DNA of 63,671 bases, filler included, from Octopus bimaculoides (taxonomy: Eukaryota), in the NCBI RefSeq assembly GCF_001194135.2. It is 7 parts of 7 records of this genome, joined end to end, with 100 filler letters (N's around TTAATTAATTAA, not from the genome) between each part and the next. Parts side by side here need not be neighbours in the genome. Positions count along the whole stretch, not along the records: positions 1 to 23,841 come from NC_068989.1; 6 more parts are not named here. The stretch is one strand, 5' to 3'. The notes under the pieces were generated by a model. It searched no databases and was not told the origin of the DNA. It saw only the letters and a program-made list of their open reading frames with translations. Shown in pieces: positions 1-13,763 of this stretch. The first letter of the stretch is position 1. Every line of letters starts with the position of its first letter. Position numbers and translations under genes: made by a program.

Positions 1-43
<43 letters not shown>

Positions 44-1024
44 ACACTAATGTATGTATAAATATATACAGAACTCCTTCTTTTCTGATCTTATGCGTTC
101 ACTCTCATGAATAGCTAATATAGTGACATTCACATAACTGGTTAGACTCACATCTAACCATACATACAATGTACATGCTTTGTATATACGAATATATGAC
201 ATACTTTTAAATAAAACACCTATGCACTCACATATAATATGCTTTCCTCCAGTCCATACACATATGCACACTAACATATGTACATCCCTACACACATACA
301 CATATGTATACACACACCTATACACACACACACACACACACACGTCTATATATACTCACACACACACATGGATATGTGTATACACACACACACACACCCA
401 TATATATATATATACACACCCTGATACACATACATACACAATGACACAATCACACACATACACATATGCATACACACATACACAGATGCAAATTAGTTTT
501 CATGTCAAAGTTACTTTCTCTGTTCTGATGGATGGCTTGAATGTCTAGCTGATTTCAATAGTTCAGTGATGCCTGCTTTGGTAACCTATAATTTACTTCT
601 TACTTACATCACCATCATCATTATCGATACACTCTACACCATTCCAGCACGGTTATACCATGATCACCATATTGCCATATCCACACCCACACAGCCATCA
701 TCATCATCATCATCATTGTTGGTAATGATGACAAGACTTTTTTTCTTTAACAATAATATTTCAAAGACCTAAACTAAGGTAGTAACATTGAAGTCTTTTA
801 GTTGATTCAGCCTCACAAATGAGATGATATTAGGAACGAAGAAAGAAACACAAGGAAATGATAAATATGCTGCATTCCAAACTTGCACAACTGTATGATT
901 TGATTCAATTCAATAATTGGATTAATTATAGTGGAAAATTGAAGGATGTAATAGGAAAAAGGCAGACAGTCGTAGCTATGTAGTGCAAAATTCTGATACC
1001 ACATAGTTTCCATAGTTTTCAGTT

Positions 1025-1139
1025 TCAGGTGAAGCCCCAGTGCAGAACTCATTGTGCAAGAGTCTTCTACTACAGCCCTGGGCTAATCAAAAACTTTGTG
1101 AGCAGGTTTGTAGAAGGAAACTGAAAGAAGACCATCATA

Positions 1140-1145
<6 letters not shown>
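1025..1145 (+). mobile_element. tRNA-derived SINE family B, decayed partial copy
   Basis: gcaagagtcttctactacagccctgggctaatcaaaaactttgtgag...ggaaactgaaagaag matches the copy at 43596. Confidence 0.7.
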
Positions 1146-1231
<86 letters not shown>

Positions 1232-1354
1232 CGCAATGAGTTTGTATTTTCTCATCTTCATACATGTGTGTGTATGTGAGCTCATGTGCATGAACTCATA
1301 CTTTTCTCATCTTCATGTCTCTTATTTTTTTATCTGTCTCAGTGATTAGACAGC

Positions 1355-1712
1355 TGCCTTGCTGAGGCACTGCCTTGCAGAATTTTAGTAGAAGAAATTG
1401 ACCATGGAACACATTTTTTTAAGCTTGGTACTTATTCTATTGGTCTCTTTTCCAAGTCACAGGTATGTGAGCACACCATTACTACTTGTCAAGCAATGAT
1501 GGAGTGCAAACACAGACATAATCACACACACACACACACACACACAGAGATGATAAGCTTCTTTCACTTTCCATCTACTAAATCAACTTACACGGCTTTG
1601 GTCAGCCCGAGGATATGATAAAAGACACCTGCTCAAAGTGCCATGGAGTGGCTCTGAACTCAGAAACATGTGGTTGAAAAGCAAACTTCTTACCATACAG
1701 TCATGCCTGTGT
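1355..1712 (-). mobile_element. SINE family B, decayed near full-length copy
   Basis: Colinear with the reverse complement of 43596-43985, with CpG sites mostly lost. Confidence 0.8.
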
Positions 1713-2329
1713 TAACTTGTAAACAAAAGTTACATAAAGGGGCATTTGTTTCTATTTCCCTGCATAACATTCCAAACTCTTTGCTGCTTATTAGACTGCG
1801 GACTGTTGCTCTGCTTGGAATCCAAGTTTAAATTTGGCATCAGGAAAGGTATATGGTTGTAGAAAACACTTCTGCAATGCATTCTTAGGTGACCCATGCA
1901 AATATGAAAAAGTAGACATTAAAATGATGACTTATGTTTTGTTAGATAAGTCTGAGACAGGGGAAGTGTACACCTGTTGACATTTCAAGACAACTTAGAC
2001 TTAAAATATCTTCAAGATATTTGAACTAGAGGGATATAAGCATGAAAACTGAACCATCAAGGGAGTCTGTACATGTGAACTTAATTTACTAGAAGTAACA
2101 GCCAAATACTCTTCAAACCACAATTTTATGGTCTTAGAGTTTTTAAAGAAACAACATATTGGATAATATAACTAGATAAACAAAATTCATGGAGGGGAAA
2201 AATACTGTCATGGCTTGATTGTGTGTAATATGTTTGTTTGGTGAAATGCATCCTATTTTGGGTTAAACAACCACAACACATGTGCGTACCCACCTGCACA
2301 CAGACACACACACACATACATACAGACAG

Positions 2330-2511
2330 ACAGTCCTGGACAGCTTCCTTTGCAGGACTTCCATGGAGCCATCACAAAGTAGCTGGAATGTTTCAACAAG
2401 TGTATTGAAGTCAAAGGATCCTACTTTAAGGAGATTAGAATTTTTCTACTTCTTTGAAATTAATAAACATCTCTCCTAAAAGAAGCCTGAAAATTTCTTG
2501 ACTGCATCTTG
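2330..2511 (+). mobile_element. mariner-type transposon 3' remnant
   Basis: DFHGAITK*LECFNKCIEVKGSYFKEI resembles the mariner transposase C-terminus (KLVERWEKCIEVNGDYFE-like). It is followed by a TIR-like end and TA. Confidence 0.65.
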
Positions 2512-2739
2512 TAGATAAGGTATAATAGATGAGAGGGTAACAATTAGAGCAGCAGACTGAAAATGAAAGTATACTAGGTGGGAGACCCAATGATATAACA
2601 TATATATATATATATATATATCTCCAACCTCCACCATCATCACTACCATTATGTTAATGACTGCTAGGTGTCTGCCTTCTACAGTTCTAACAATTTCAAG
2701 TGTTTGGCACCGCTTCAAACACTGACATCAGCCATTTAC

Positions 2740-3430
2740 CTCCCATGCCCATACCAGCACCAACTCCTCTGTTTAGGACTCTTCTTAAATACCGCTTTTG
2801 TCTAACCTAGTTTGTGCTCTGTCATTCAAGCACACTAACTTTACACCTCCAGCAGAGCATGTTTGCATCATTTCTTTCAATTCATTGTAAATCTTCTGTA
2901 TTCAATGCCTATGTCTTCACTAACATCATAAAATTTCCCCTTCAATCTCAGAGAGAAATCAGTTTTGAAAGAAGAAGCTGCATCTCCTTGTTCTGACTTT
3001 AGTTACTATGTATTTGGAATACTCTTCTCCACAGCTAATGAGGCAACCTAAGTAATAACAACTATTAACTACTTTCAGTGAGCCTTCTAAGATTTCGTAT
3101 GTATTATTACTAATTCTTACTGTGCATCTGCCACATATGAATGATACCCTCTTAGTAAGCCTGCTGTAATTCCTATACTTGTGCATTCTCAGTCAACACT
3201 AGGTATATCACAGTAAATTTCTACCTACTCCTTTTCTGCATGCTGAATACAGCCATTTCCTTGGTGGTAGCAAAGTTTTGTTTTCTTTCTTACTCAATAA
3301 ATGTTTGAGCTTTGTTAAGTTTTAATATAAGGCCTCTTGATTCAAGGCTTTACTTTCACTTCTGGAATTATGTAAATTTCCTACAGGATCAGTTATAAGA
3401 AGTACATCACCAAGCCTTTTCTTACCATAT
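2740..3430 (-). mobile_element. RTE-clade LINE, degenerate 3' part of the ORF
   Basis: FICGRC...EGSLKVVNSCYYLGCLISCGEEYSKYIVTKVRTR and ALNTEDLQ*IERNDANMLCWRCKVSV match the RTE post-RT region, with stops and frameshifts. Confidence 0.8.
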
Positions 3431-3803
3431 TTCTGTTGAAATGCACTACCTTTATTTCAATTAACTTTGAAAAGAATGAAGAACTTAATGAAATATAATT
3501 GCCATAATTAAGCTGAAATATAGAACATAAATTGATAAGAAATTTCGATGGAGGTTTTTAATTTAGATCATTTTAAAATAGGAAGTTTATGTCATAGAAT
3601 CAAGAGTAACCTCAGGCAGTTTGGTATCAAAAAAGTAAATAACCTGCTTTGGCATACAAGACTGTAATAAACAAGTGGTGCCTAAGAACTGAGCTGTGAT
3701 GGACCACTAGCAGTATGCTAGATTCATCACTGAAATAATTGATGACTCACATGTTGTTGACCACATGCATACATATATATATGTATCAGTTATTTATCTC
3801 AAA

Positions 3804-3990
3804 GGCAGTGAGCTGGCAGAAACGTTAGCATGCCGGGCGAAATGCTTAGTGGTATGTCGTCTGTCTTTACGTTCTGAATTCAAATTCCACTGAGGTTGAC
3901 TGTGCCTTTCATCCTTTCAGGGCCGATAGATTAAGTTGTGTACTGGGGTCAATCTAATCAACTGGCTGCTTCCCCCAAAATTTCGGGCCT
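3804..3990 (+). mobile_element. tRNA-derived SINE family A
   Basis: A-box-like gagctggcagaaacgttagc, B-box-like gaattcaaattcc, shared body gcctttcatcctttcagggccgat...cccccaaaatttcgggcct. Confidence 0.88.
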
Positions 3991-4739
3991 TTTCTGTTTA
4001 GATTTCCTCCCTACATCTCATATATGCACACACACACACCCCATTCTCTCTTTCTGCATAGTTATCTCAATTTTTTCAACCAATGAAATCATTTGCTAGC
4101 ATTTACTCCTGCAGCAACTCAACTAAAGCAATGAAAACATTGCTGAAGAAAGAAGAGAGCAATAAGGTGGTAGGGAGTGATAAGAAATATTTTCATATGC
4201 AGCAACAATCTTAAAAAAACAGAAAAAGGAAGCAAAAAATACAACTAATAAGTCTGTGAAACATTCAGATCTAATAAATGCATATATGTACGTCATACAT
4301 ATATATATCAAAAAGTATTGATATCATAATTTATTTTGGTATGACGAGACAAAATCTTCATTATTAATTGTGAAGGAAAACAATGAAAAAGACAGACTGA
4401 CTGAAGATTTTCTCAGTCTTTCTTGCTGTCTGTCTAACTCTGGAATTCTTCATCTACCTTTGTTCTTTTCACCCCTTCTCACTCACCCTCTTTCAGCTTT
4501 GTCTTACACAAACTCTCTCTACATTGCTTTCACTTGTTCTCTCTTTTCCTCTCTCTGTCTCTCTGATTGGTATACATATGTATGTGTCTGAAACCGAGGA
4601 ATAATTTACACATCTTAATTTGTAATAAGATTTATTTCCTTTCTTTTCATTCCTTAAAAAAAATATGTGCTACATATATGTTTTGTGTATATGAGAGAGA
4701 GAGAGAAAGAGAGAGAGAAACTAACTCTCCATCGGATAC

Positions 4740-5010
4740 AATGATGAAGGTTCCAGTTGATCTGATCAATCGAACAAACTGATCGAGCACTCTACAGACA
4801 CACATACCCTTAACATAATTCTCAGGAAGATTCAGCATGACACAAAACGTGACAAGCCTAGCTCTGAAATACAGGTACCCCTCATTTTTGTCAGCTGAGT
4901 GAACTGGTGCAATGTGAAATGAAGAGTCTTGCTCAAGTATACAACATGCCTCCAAGAATCGAATTCATGACCTTATGAACGTGAGCAGAATACTCTAACC
5001 ACTAATCACC
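4740..5010 (-). mobile_element. tRNA-derived SINE family C, decayed
   Basis: Reverse complement of the 49490-49803 element (ttccagttgatc, gacaagcc, gagtcttgctcaag). Confidence 0.8.
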
Positions 5011-5724
5011 TTCACTGAGAATGAGAAACTGGGAGCACAACTGAAAACAGAAAATATGAAGCTCTTTTGTCATTTGAAGTCCCTATGTAAACAACAATAG
5101 GAGTAGCAAAAGTGAAGTCTATGACAGAGATATCTATGTATGTATGTGTTTGTGTGTGTTCAAACTGCATGGTGTGCAATATGAAGAATCACTAAATCAC
5201 CAGCGGAGTACAGGTATCAATTATTTTTATTGCTGTAGTTTGATGTTGCATGAAACATACCTCGATTATTTGTATCTACATTACATCAGAGAAATACACA
5301 TTTGTAAGAGAAGATAAGCTTACAAGTTACGACTAAAAATAACATTCAATAAAAATGAAAATAAATAATAAAAAAAATCATGTCGTAGGCTTGTAAGAAA
5401 AATGGAAAAGTAAAGATTTGGGTAAAAAAAAAAAAAATGATTAGATGGACAGTAGAATTGAAAGAGATGGAAAGGTGTTTCGTTTGGTCAAAGCTCTAGA
5501 TCTGGAAATATACATTTGAATGTTCTCATGTTTGATAGATATTAAGCTTTTACTCAACTAAAACTAAGGCCATTTAGTGTGTAGAAGGCCATAGGAACAT
5601 CATCCCACACTACATGGAAATATAGATTATTTAGAGTTATATATATATATATATATATATCTATCACTACTTTTACGTACAGTTATGTAAAGTTTTGTTT
5701 ATTTGTGCATATGTATATACGCAC

Positions 5725-5945
5725 ATCATCATCATCATCAACAACTACTACTGTCCCCCTCCTCCATGCTGGTATGGATTAGATGGTTTAACAGGATCTG
5801 GAGAGCTGCAGGGTAATGCTGAATTTCAGTGTTAGCTTTGGTATGGTTTCTATGGCTGGATGCTTTCCCCAACACCAACCACGTTACAGTGAGTACTGAT
5901 TGCTCTTTTCATGCTACCAGCACTAGTGACATTGCTGAGTAACTT
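5725..5945 (-). mobile_element. RTE 3'-UTR/tail fragment
   Basis: (cat)n followed by ccatgctggtatgg...ggctggatgctttccccaacaccaaccac, the same family as 22555 and 47278. Confidence 0.7.
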
Positions 5946-6556
5946 TCAAACAGAAAAGAAACCAGTATCAAAACCTATGTGTGTGTATTTGAATATATGT
6001 GTTTGTTGGCCAATTTTCCCTCCTGATGAAGGAAGCCAGTCTTATGGTAATGTCTGTATGTGACCATCTATCCATGATATTTTGCCCATTCCATGTGCTA
6101 ATTATGAACATTACAACTATTACATAATTTCAAACTTCCAGAAACATCTGTTGAATTAAAAAGCTATGTGTTCTCCTCTTAGTTTTCTGTATATTTTATA
6201 TCCATGTTAAAGTAAATCTGTTTCTCAATATATATAAATAGCTATATGCTTCTACATATGTGTTTATCATCTGAATATATTTAGTTTTCTTACCTATATA
6301 TATTCTTACACGTGTGTGTGTGAAGAGTAAACTGGATGCATTCTATTGTGGCACCAGTAGTAAAGGGAATGAGATGAAAGAGTAATGTAAAGCATGAGGT
6401 GAATATGTAATCCACTCCTTCTCTCATTCTTATCATCCTAGATCTCTCACCATATTGAAGCATGTACTTCAAGGATCTCATGAAACCTGCAGTTACTTTA
6501 TACACTCTACATATAAACTCAACTGAACATTTGATATTGATACCCATCATTCACTC

Positions 6557-6592
<36 letters not shown>

Positions 6593-6938
6593 NNNNNNNN
6601 NNATATATATATATATATATATATATATATCCACCTCATATAAATGCTCTGCATCACTCATTACATCCCCTCTACTGCTGCTGCCACAGCAGTGCTGGTG
6701 TCATGAAAAAAATGCACCCAGTACACTCTGTAAAGTGGTTGGTATTAAGAAGGGCAGTCAACTGTAGAAACCAAACCAAAGATGAAACTTATGTACAAGA
6801 TATAGTACTCTGATTCATCTAGAAGGACAGAAATTACTGATCTAATCCATATCAGCAGAGAAAGTAAATGTAAAATGGCAATGATGATGATGATAATGAT
6901 ATATATATATATATATATATAATATATATATATATATA

Positions 6939-7172
6939 ATATACATATGTATATAATTATATTAAGGAAACAACGGCAAAAACGGCCTGTCTCCAGCATG
7001 CTTTAAGTGCCGATACCTACATTTTAATATTCTTTCAATAGCCCACTTTCAGCCATGTGTATATTTATCTGGGATTTTTGGTAGTTTTTTGAAGGTATCG
7101 GCACTTCAAGCAAGCTGGGGAGAGGTCGTTTTCATCCTTGCTCGCTTAATATAATTATATACATATGTATAT
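6939..7172. mobile_element. Foldback/MITE-like element with long imperfect inverted repeats
   Basis: 28-nt perfect outer inverted repeat (6939-6966 and 7145-7172), plus a ~45-nt imperfect inner one ending aagtgccgatacct / aggtatcggcactt. Confidence 0.75.
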
Positions 7173-8109
7173 TATTATTAATTTAATGTATATATTGCAT
7201 ATATATATTTATAGCATGCTGACTACCTGATAAAAATCACGTTTGATATATGTGTGTGTGTGTGTGTGTGAGTATATATATATGTATATATATATATATA
7301 ATAAAAGAAGGAAAATGCACACAGTTTACATAGTTTTGATATATTTTTAAATATATTTTATAAGTGAAAGAGTATTATGTTTGTCGACCGGTTTCGTTTT
7401 TGCTAATCATGACACTGAAATTATTGTAATTTCATATTTTCTTAAGATTTTATTCCATGTTGTGTGTGGAGAAGTTTGTGAATGAATGATTCAACAAGTA
7501 GACAAATCTAAGGGGAGGTAATTGTTCTGTATGTTTTGATGAACAAATTTTCTTTATTTAAACGTTCTTGTACACTACAAGATCCCTTTGAATGAACACG
7601 ACATTGAATTAATACCTGCACACTATCCATTTGTAATAACAAAATATGATCTCCCACTGGAACTTACATACCATGGACAAGAAGCCTTTTTACCCATTCT
7701 ACACAATACATTCCTTAGATAATGGAACAGTAAGTTTAACATCCAACATATATCTTTATTTTTATTCTTATATTTCCCTTCATACTTCCTATATTTCTCC
7801 ATTTCCAAAATAACTTCTTATATTGAACTCAACTATTTCTGTCTATTTAACTCTCTCATATCATTTCTGACAATGGGATATCTTTAATCCCTGAAACAGC
7901 TCTAAGACTACCCTTCTCTTTATAAAATGCCCTAGAAATTTCACGCTGCTTTGGCTTTGTTTCATTTTATTTAGCCTATACATGCTTAAACATGACCTGC
8001 ATTAGACTCCTCACTCATGCTACTATTCAACTGGGAATCTAAAAACAGCAGTCCTTTCGTAGCACTTACATAGCCTTACTTGCCTTTTGGATCTTCTGGA
8101 TACTAAAAC

Positions 8110-8159
<50 letters not shown>

Positions 8160-10979
8160 TGAGGAGGGTATTGGATTTAACCAAACCCCGGAAGATACAG
8201 GTAATACCGAGTAAGTGCTGNNNNNNNNNNNNNNNNNNNNNNNNNNNNNNNNNNNNNNNNNNNNNNNNNNNNNNNNNNNNNNNNNNNNNNNNNNNNNNNN
8301 NNNNNNNNNNNNNNNNNNNNNNNNNNNNNNNNNNNNNNNNNNNNNNNNNNNNNNNNNNNNNNNNNNNNNNNNNNNNNNNNNNNNNNNNNNNNNNNNNNNN
8401 NNNNNNNNNNNNNNNNNNNNNNNNNNNNNNNNNNNNNNNNNNNNNNNNNNNNNNNNNNNNNNNNNNNNNNNNNNNNNNNNNNNNNNNNNNNNNNNNNNNN
8501 NNNNNNNNNNNNNNNNNNNNNNNNNNNNNNNNNNNNNNNNNNNNNNNNNNNNNNNNNNNNNNNNNNNNNNNNNNNNNNNNNNNNNNNNNNNNNNNNNNNN
8601 NNNNNNNNNNNNNNNNNNNNNNNNNNNNNNNNNNNNNNNNNNNNNNNNNNNNNNNNNNNNNNNNNNNNNNNATATACAGAGAGAGAAGGGGGGGCACTCT
8701 TTAGCACCTTAGTAGTGAATGCTCACTACTTTGTTTCTATTAATGTATATGGTGCATATATACTGCAAAAACAAAAAAGAAAAAAAAATCTAGAGCAGCA
8801 TTGCAGCCTAACTCAAATAGATGTTAACTTTAAACTCTGTCACGATGTTTAAGAAAATAACCAAGCTCAGCTAAATTATCAACTTAAAAAAAAGAAAAAA
8901 AAAAAAAACCCTGGCTTATTTCATACTACAGCTGCGAGGTAAATTCTTCCAACAGGGACAGCATTAAAATTGAATCAATATTTAAACACATGACAGCATG
9001 GTATTTTATCAAGGTTTATAAATAAATCTAACTTCACATGCTAGGGCATTTACATTGGCCAACCAGTAAGTCTCAACTCCAGTGATGTATATATATATAT
9101 ATAACTATTTATTTAAAGAAAAAGGCATTAAATAAGCCAAATTGAGAATACATCTTGTATATATATATATATACCAAGGAAATTACTGGACAGTAAACAT
9201 CACAACACATTTAAAAATCTGCAATAAACTTGACATCAACTTGTTTCTTCTATTTTACATTAGATATTGAAGAAATAATGACATCATATGCATATACATA
9301 CACACATATTGTGTGCTTCAGTGGCATAGCTAATACTATAGCAAGGGGAACAATTGCTCTCTCCAAGCACATTTTTCAAAACTGGCACCTTTGCAACAAT
9401 TTTTTTTTTAACTCTTCAGTTCACTTGTGTGATAAAAGCCAAATCTTACTTTTTCCATCATTTTTTTTTTTTTGTTAATATGGCCTTGGAAGAACCGTCT
9501 GGAGTCATTACTTCATTTGACCAACCTCTCGTGTTTTTGAACTGTCTGCTCATTCTACTGTAATGTGTTGGTGGCTGCTGACATCTGAAGAACTAAGACA
9601 AACCCCAATATCATAGCTCTTGAAACTGGTTGATCCTGTAGAGTTTCATCTTTTTTATATCACACCTGTATCAGTAGTTGTAAGTTTCAAACATAATGAC
9701 ATTATCACTAAAACATGAAATTAATGAACGTGGATTACAACTGAAATATTTCATGTAATATAAAAGAAATGAGTTGGTATGCGCCATGGCATCTTCTTTT
9801 CTTTGCTTGCTTTCCCCTAACTTTGTATATAATTTTTTTCAAAAAATATCCATTTTTCTGAAAGTTATGAGGAAACAAAGCTGGTGGGGCACAATTGTAA
9901 AAGTATGCAACAAAATCTTTAAATTCATACCCTAGTGACATAAGCACTTGTGTGGATATTTATATCCACATTGAATAAAACAGAAGTAAATGTGTGTTTG
10001 TGTGTGTGATGGTGCAAATGTACAAGAGCATGTGTGTGTGTTGTGTGTGTGTGTGTGGGGGGGGGGAAAGAACAAAAGTACAACACAAGAAGTTCACAAT
10101 CAATGATGCTCCGAGAAATGAAAAGAGAGGAGGGGAGATGAGGGCAAAATAAATCAATAAATAAACTGAACAAACTGGGTAAAAATGCTTACAGGGAGCT
10201 GGATAACATAATGGTCATTGACTTATATATCAGCATTTTCTTACTGTTGAGGATGCTTTATAAGGAGAGAGCAAAAGTTACAGAAAAAGCTGATGAGATG
10301 AAGGATGAAACCTGCTTGACCAGTTCACCTTGGATAGTAATTTGAAGAAGTTCTCTTTCTTTTATGAGTAGATATTAAGTAAGAGTGTCCATCATTGGTA
10401 AGCTGACAGCTGGGTCAAGCATCTTGTGAGCGTAAACAAATGCATAACTAGAGGTGACTTGTAGATTGAACTTAAAGATGGAACAAATTTATCAAACATA
10501 ATTATCTGAGATGTATGGTTTTCCAATCTAAGTCATTGTAGGTTGGAAAGTAATCTATTGTATTTGTAATGAATGCTAACTCCAAGTTTTGGATTCGTGG
10601 TTGGTTTTTATCAGTACAGCTATGTTTAACACCAATACTAATGCCAAATTCAGGAGAACACTTTGGTACAACATTCAAATTTTCATGTCATTATGTGCAT
10701 GCATGTGTGCGTGATAAAGACTCCACACACATTAAAAACATGCTGTTTAATAATAATCTTTAGCTTGTTTTTACATGAAATTAAGATAAGATACCCCCCC
10801 ACTTTTTTTTATCTCTGTAGGTATTTACTTAATTTATCTCCAGATAAGTTACAAAGTCAATGCCAAGTGAAATTGTGTTGAGACCAAGGACTGGCAATGC
10901 ATTGTTATAATTACACCGAAATAGGGAAGGGAAAGGATTTGTTGCCTGTAAAAAGTAAATGATCAGCAATTCTGCAGTT

Positions 10980-11017
<38 letters not shown>

Positions 11018-11289
11018 NNNNNNNNNNNNNNNNNNNNNNNNNNNNNNNNNNNNNNNNNNNNNNNNNNNNNNNNNNNNNNNNNNNNNNNNNNNNNNNNNNN
11101 NNNNNNNNNNNNNNNNNNNNNNNNNNNNNNNNNNNNNNNNNNNNNNNNNNNNNNNNNNNNNNNNNNNNNNNNNNNNNNNNNNNNNNNNNNNNNNNNNNNN
11201 NNNNNNNNNNNNNNNNNNNNNNNNNNNNNNNNNNNNNNNNNNNNNNNNNNNNNNNNNNNNNNNNNNNNNNNNNNNNNNNNNNNGAGAGA

Positions 11290-11331
<42 letters not shown>

Positions 11332-11446
11332 AAATGGGTCTTTTTTTTTCTTCTAGAACTAATTTCCTTCACGCAGAAGGAACAGGCAACAACAAATTAA
11401 CTGAATTTGTTAATCATTAACATTATGAGTGAATTTGCAGTTTTAA

Positions 11447-11650
11447 CCCTTCAGCATTCAGATGTAATATTTAATCACATTGTTTAGAATTAATCATGCA
11501 TTGTCTCATAGCACTAAGATTTCAATGATGTGATTGTTTATTTAAAAAAAAAACATTGCCAGGTAGGTGTGAGAGGCCAGTTCTGACTGGTTTGAACATA
11601 AAACAGGTAGAATATTTGGGCCGGATACGACAGGTTTAAATGCTACAGGG
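11447..11650 (+). mobile_element. piggyBac-type MITE
   Basis: TTAA/ccct...aggg/TTAA termini; internal homology to the copies at 20105 and 21322. Confidence 0.8.
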
Positions 11651-12734
11651 TTAAAGTCTGCTTTCCCATGCTTGCATGAGTCAGATGAAACTACATTAAC
11701 ACAGAGTTTTCTATAGCTCTCTCTGATGCTAACCCTTGCCTGTTTCCAAGCTAGGTAATAATCCTTCAGTCAATTAAACAACAAAATAAACTAGACATGC
11801 TTCTGCAGAGGACTGCAAAGAAATGATACTGTAACAGGACTCAAACTAGCATTGCCATATTGCAAATTTCAAGCCACAACATAGCAATAGCCTGATCATG
11901 TGAGCAGCTGAGTTATTGGCCAATCAGAAGTCAGATAGCATACAAGAGATTATTTTGGAAGGCCCTAAAACATTTCCCAACAAGGGCTATGAATAGATCC
12001 CTTTTTAGTGCCAAACTTCAGTGTGTCCTTGGTCATAGTTCAAAATACACACTCTTTCTTTCATAGTCATTATAACAACTGCATGCTTAAACCAATATGC
12101 AATTTGTAGTGACAGACATAAAGCAGCATATGTATATGTATATATTCCTTGTGTTTAATCCAGCCCCAGAGGTCAATTTTTATATCCAGTTACTTTGCAT
12201 GTTGCATTTCATTTTTTTGGGGGACTAAATGTGGATTTTCAGTAGTTCATGAACGACTTCATATGACTGGTGCAGTGTTAATAAATTATATTTCAATGTT
12301 TGTTTGGTATTGTTAAATCGCTGCACAAAGCTTCTTCAAATTAACCAGCAACCATCACAACACCAACAACACATCTCAGCAACATTGGTGTGAACCAAGT
12401 AGCTACAAGTGTTTACAATCACTAAACACTCATGTCAAGATTTATCAAGAAACCTGGACATGCTTTCACAGTGAACAGCAAACAAACAACACTGTGCTTA
12501 AGAATGCTGTAGCTATTGTTTCTGCCTGCACACATGTGCAGAGAAAGAATAAGAACTCACTCTTTCTCTCTTACTTGCACACACTATGGTGAACTGGTCA
12601 AAGAAGTTTCATCCGTCATCTCATTGTTTAGATACAGAATCCTGTGAAGCATCCTAGTGCCAAAAGAATTGAGGTGGCACTTAAGGGCACTGGACAGTGT
12701 CTAAGTCACACAATTATAGAGCAAGACATTTTGT

Positions 12735-12960
12735 AGTGGTGTTATATAATGTTATAGAGGCATTATATAATGCTATAAAAGTGTTATATGATACTACAGA
12801 AATGTTCCATGATGTTATAGTGGTGTAACATAATGATATAGAGCTGTTATATGATGTTATAGAGGTGGTCTATGATATTATATAAGTGTTATATGATGAC
12901 AAGGCAGTATTATATGACAGTATTGAACAATTACATAATAATACAGTGGTATTTTGATGT
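12735..12960. repeat. Degenerate minisatellite, ~21-nt unit (gtgttatatgatgttatagag-like)
   Basis: About ten diverged units seen by eye. Confidence 0.6.
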
Positions 12961-13722
12961 GTCTAAGTGCTTCTATGTGGTTGGGCATCTAATTGCAGGA
13001 GCTACGTTGTTAAGAAATGCAGTTGCAGGAGCTATGCAGCTGATAGTATTTCAATGCAAGATAACTTTAGTAACCATTTTCTACCAAATTAACCACTTAA
13101 CTACGTTGACCTTTGAGAGCTTAAACTGTGAATAAAAATAGAAGTTAATTTCAAATCTCTGTAATTGTGAATATCAGGAGTAGGATATCAGCTTAATAAT
13201 CCCCTGAATTGGCCTTCTTACAATATTAAAGCCATATATAAATACAGATAACAGCCATGCAACATACTGCAGAATGAAATAAAAGACACATAACATATAT
13301 ACAACATACAATAGAATATTCACATAAACGCAACATTTAAATACCACACAGACACAATAGCTACATAATATAGATAAATACAACACAAAGCAGCTATGGA
13401 CACAAAATACAGATACATAAAGATACAGATATAAACTTAAATATAGATGGGTAGTGAATGAAGATAAATAGAGGCCAAGGAGCTTCAAGGATAAAAGTGA
13501 AACCACTAGAGGAGATAAAACAGTGGAATGGATGAATAGGAATCAGGAGAGTTGGGAGAGAGAGAAGGAAGGAGAGAAAGCTTGAGAGGGAAAGAGTGAA
13601 TGGGGAATAAATGGACAAAAGAGTGACACAGAAGAAATATATTAAGTTGGTATATGAGAAGATAACCTCTGTGTGTGTGTGTGGGGGAGAGATGGAGTGG
13701 AAGAGAGAAGAGAGAGGGATAG

Positions 13723-13763
<41 letters not shown>

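Noticed and set aside
47-548. ORFs rich in HT/YI/CV dipeptides here and throughout the window
   Set aside because: They are translations of (CA)n, (TA)n and (TG)n microsatellites.
1070-1090. LISPG peptide resembling the Pax6 C-terminal GLISPGVSVPV motif
   Set aside because: It lies inside a family B SINE and the continuation does not match Pax6.
3804-3880. tRNA-like A-box and B-box sequences here and at other SINE heads
   Set aside because: They continue into SINE bodies and lack a full cloverleaf, so they are not tRNA genes.
9735-9947. 70-aa minus-strand ORF (MSLGYEFKDFVAYFYNC...) in repeat-free DNA with a good internal acceptor
   Set aside because: No recognisable homology and no consistent exon chain; it could be terminal-exon or UTR sequence but I cannot support it.
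10193-10540. Apparent minus-strand exon ending at a gtaagc donor
   Set aside because: Stops in all frames, and it shares ggtgaactggtcaa...tttcatcc.tcatctcat with 12590, so it is a dispersed repeat.
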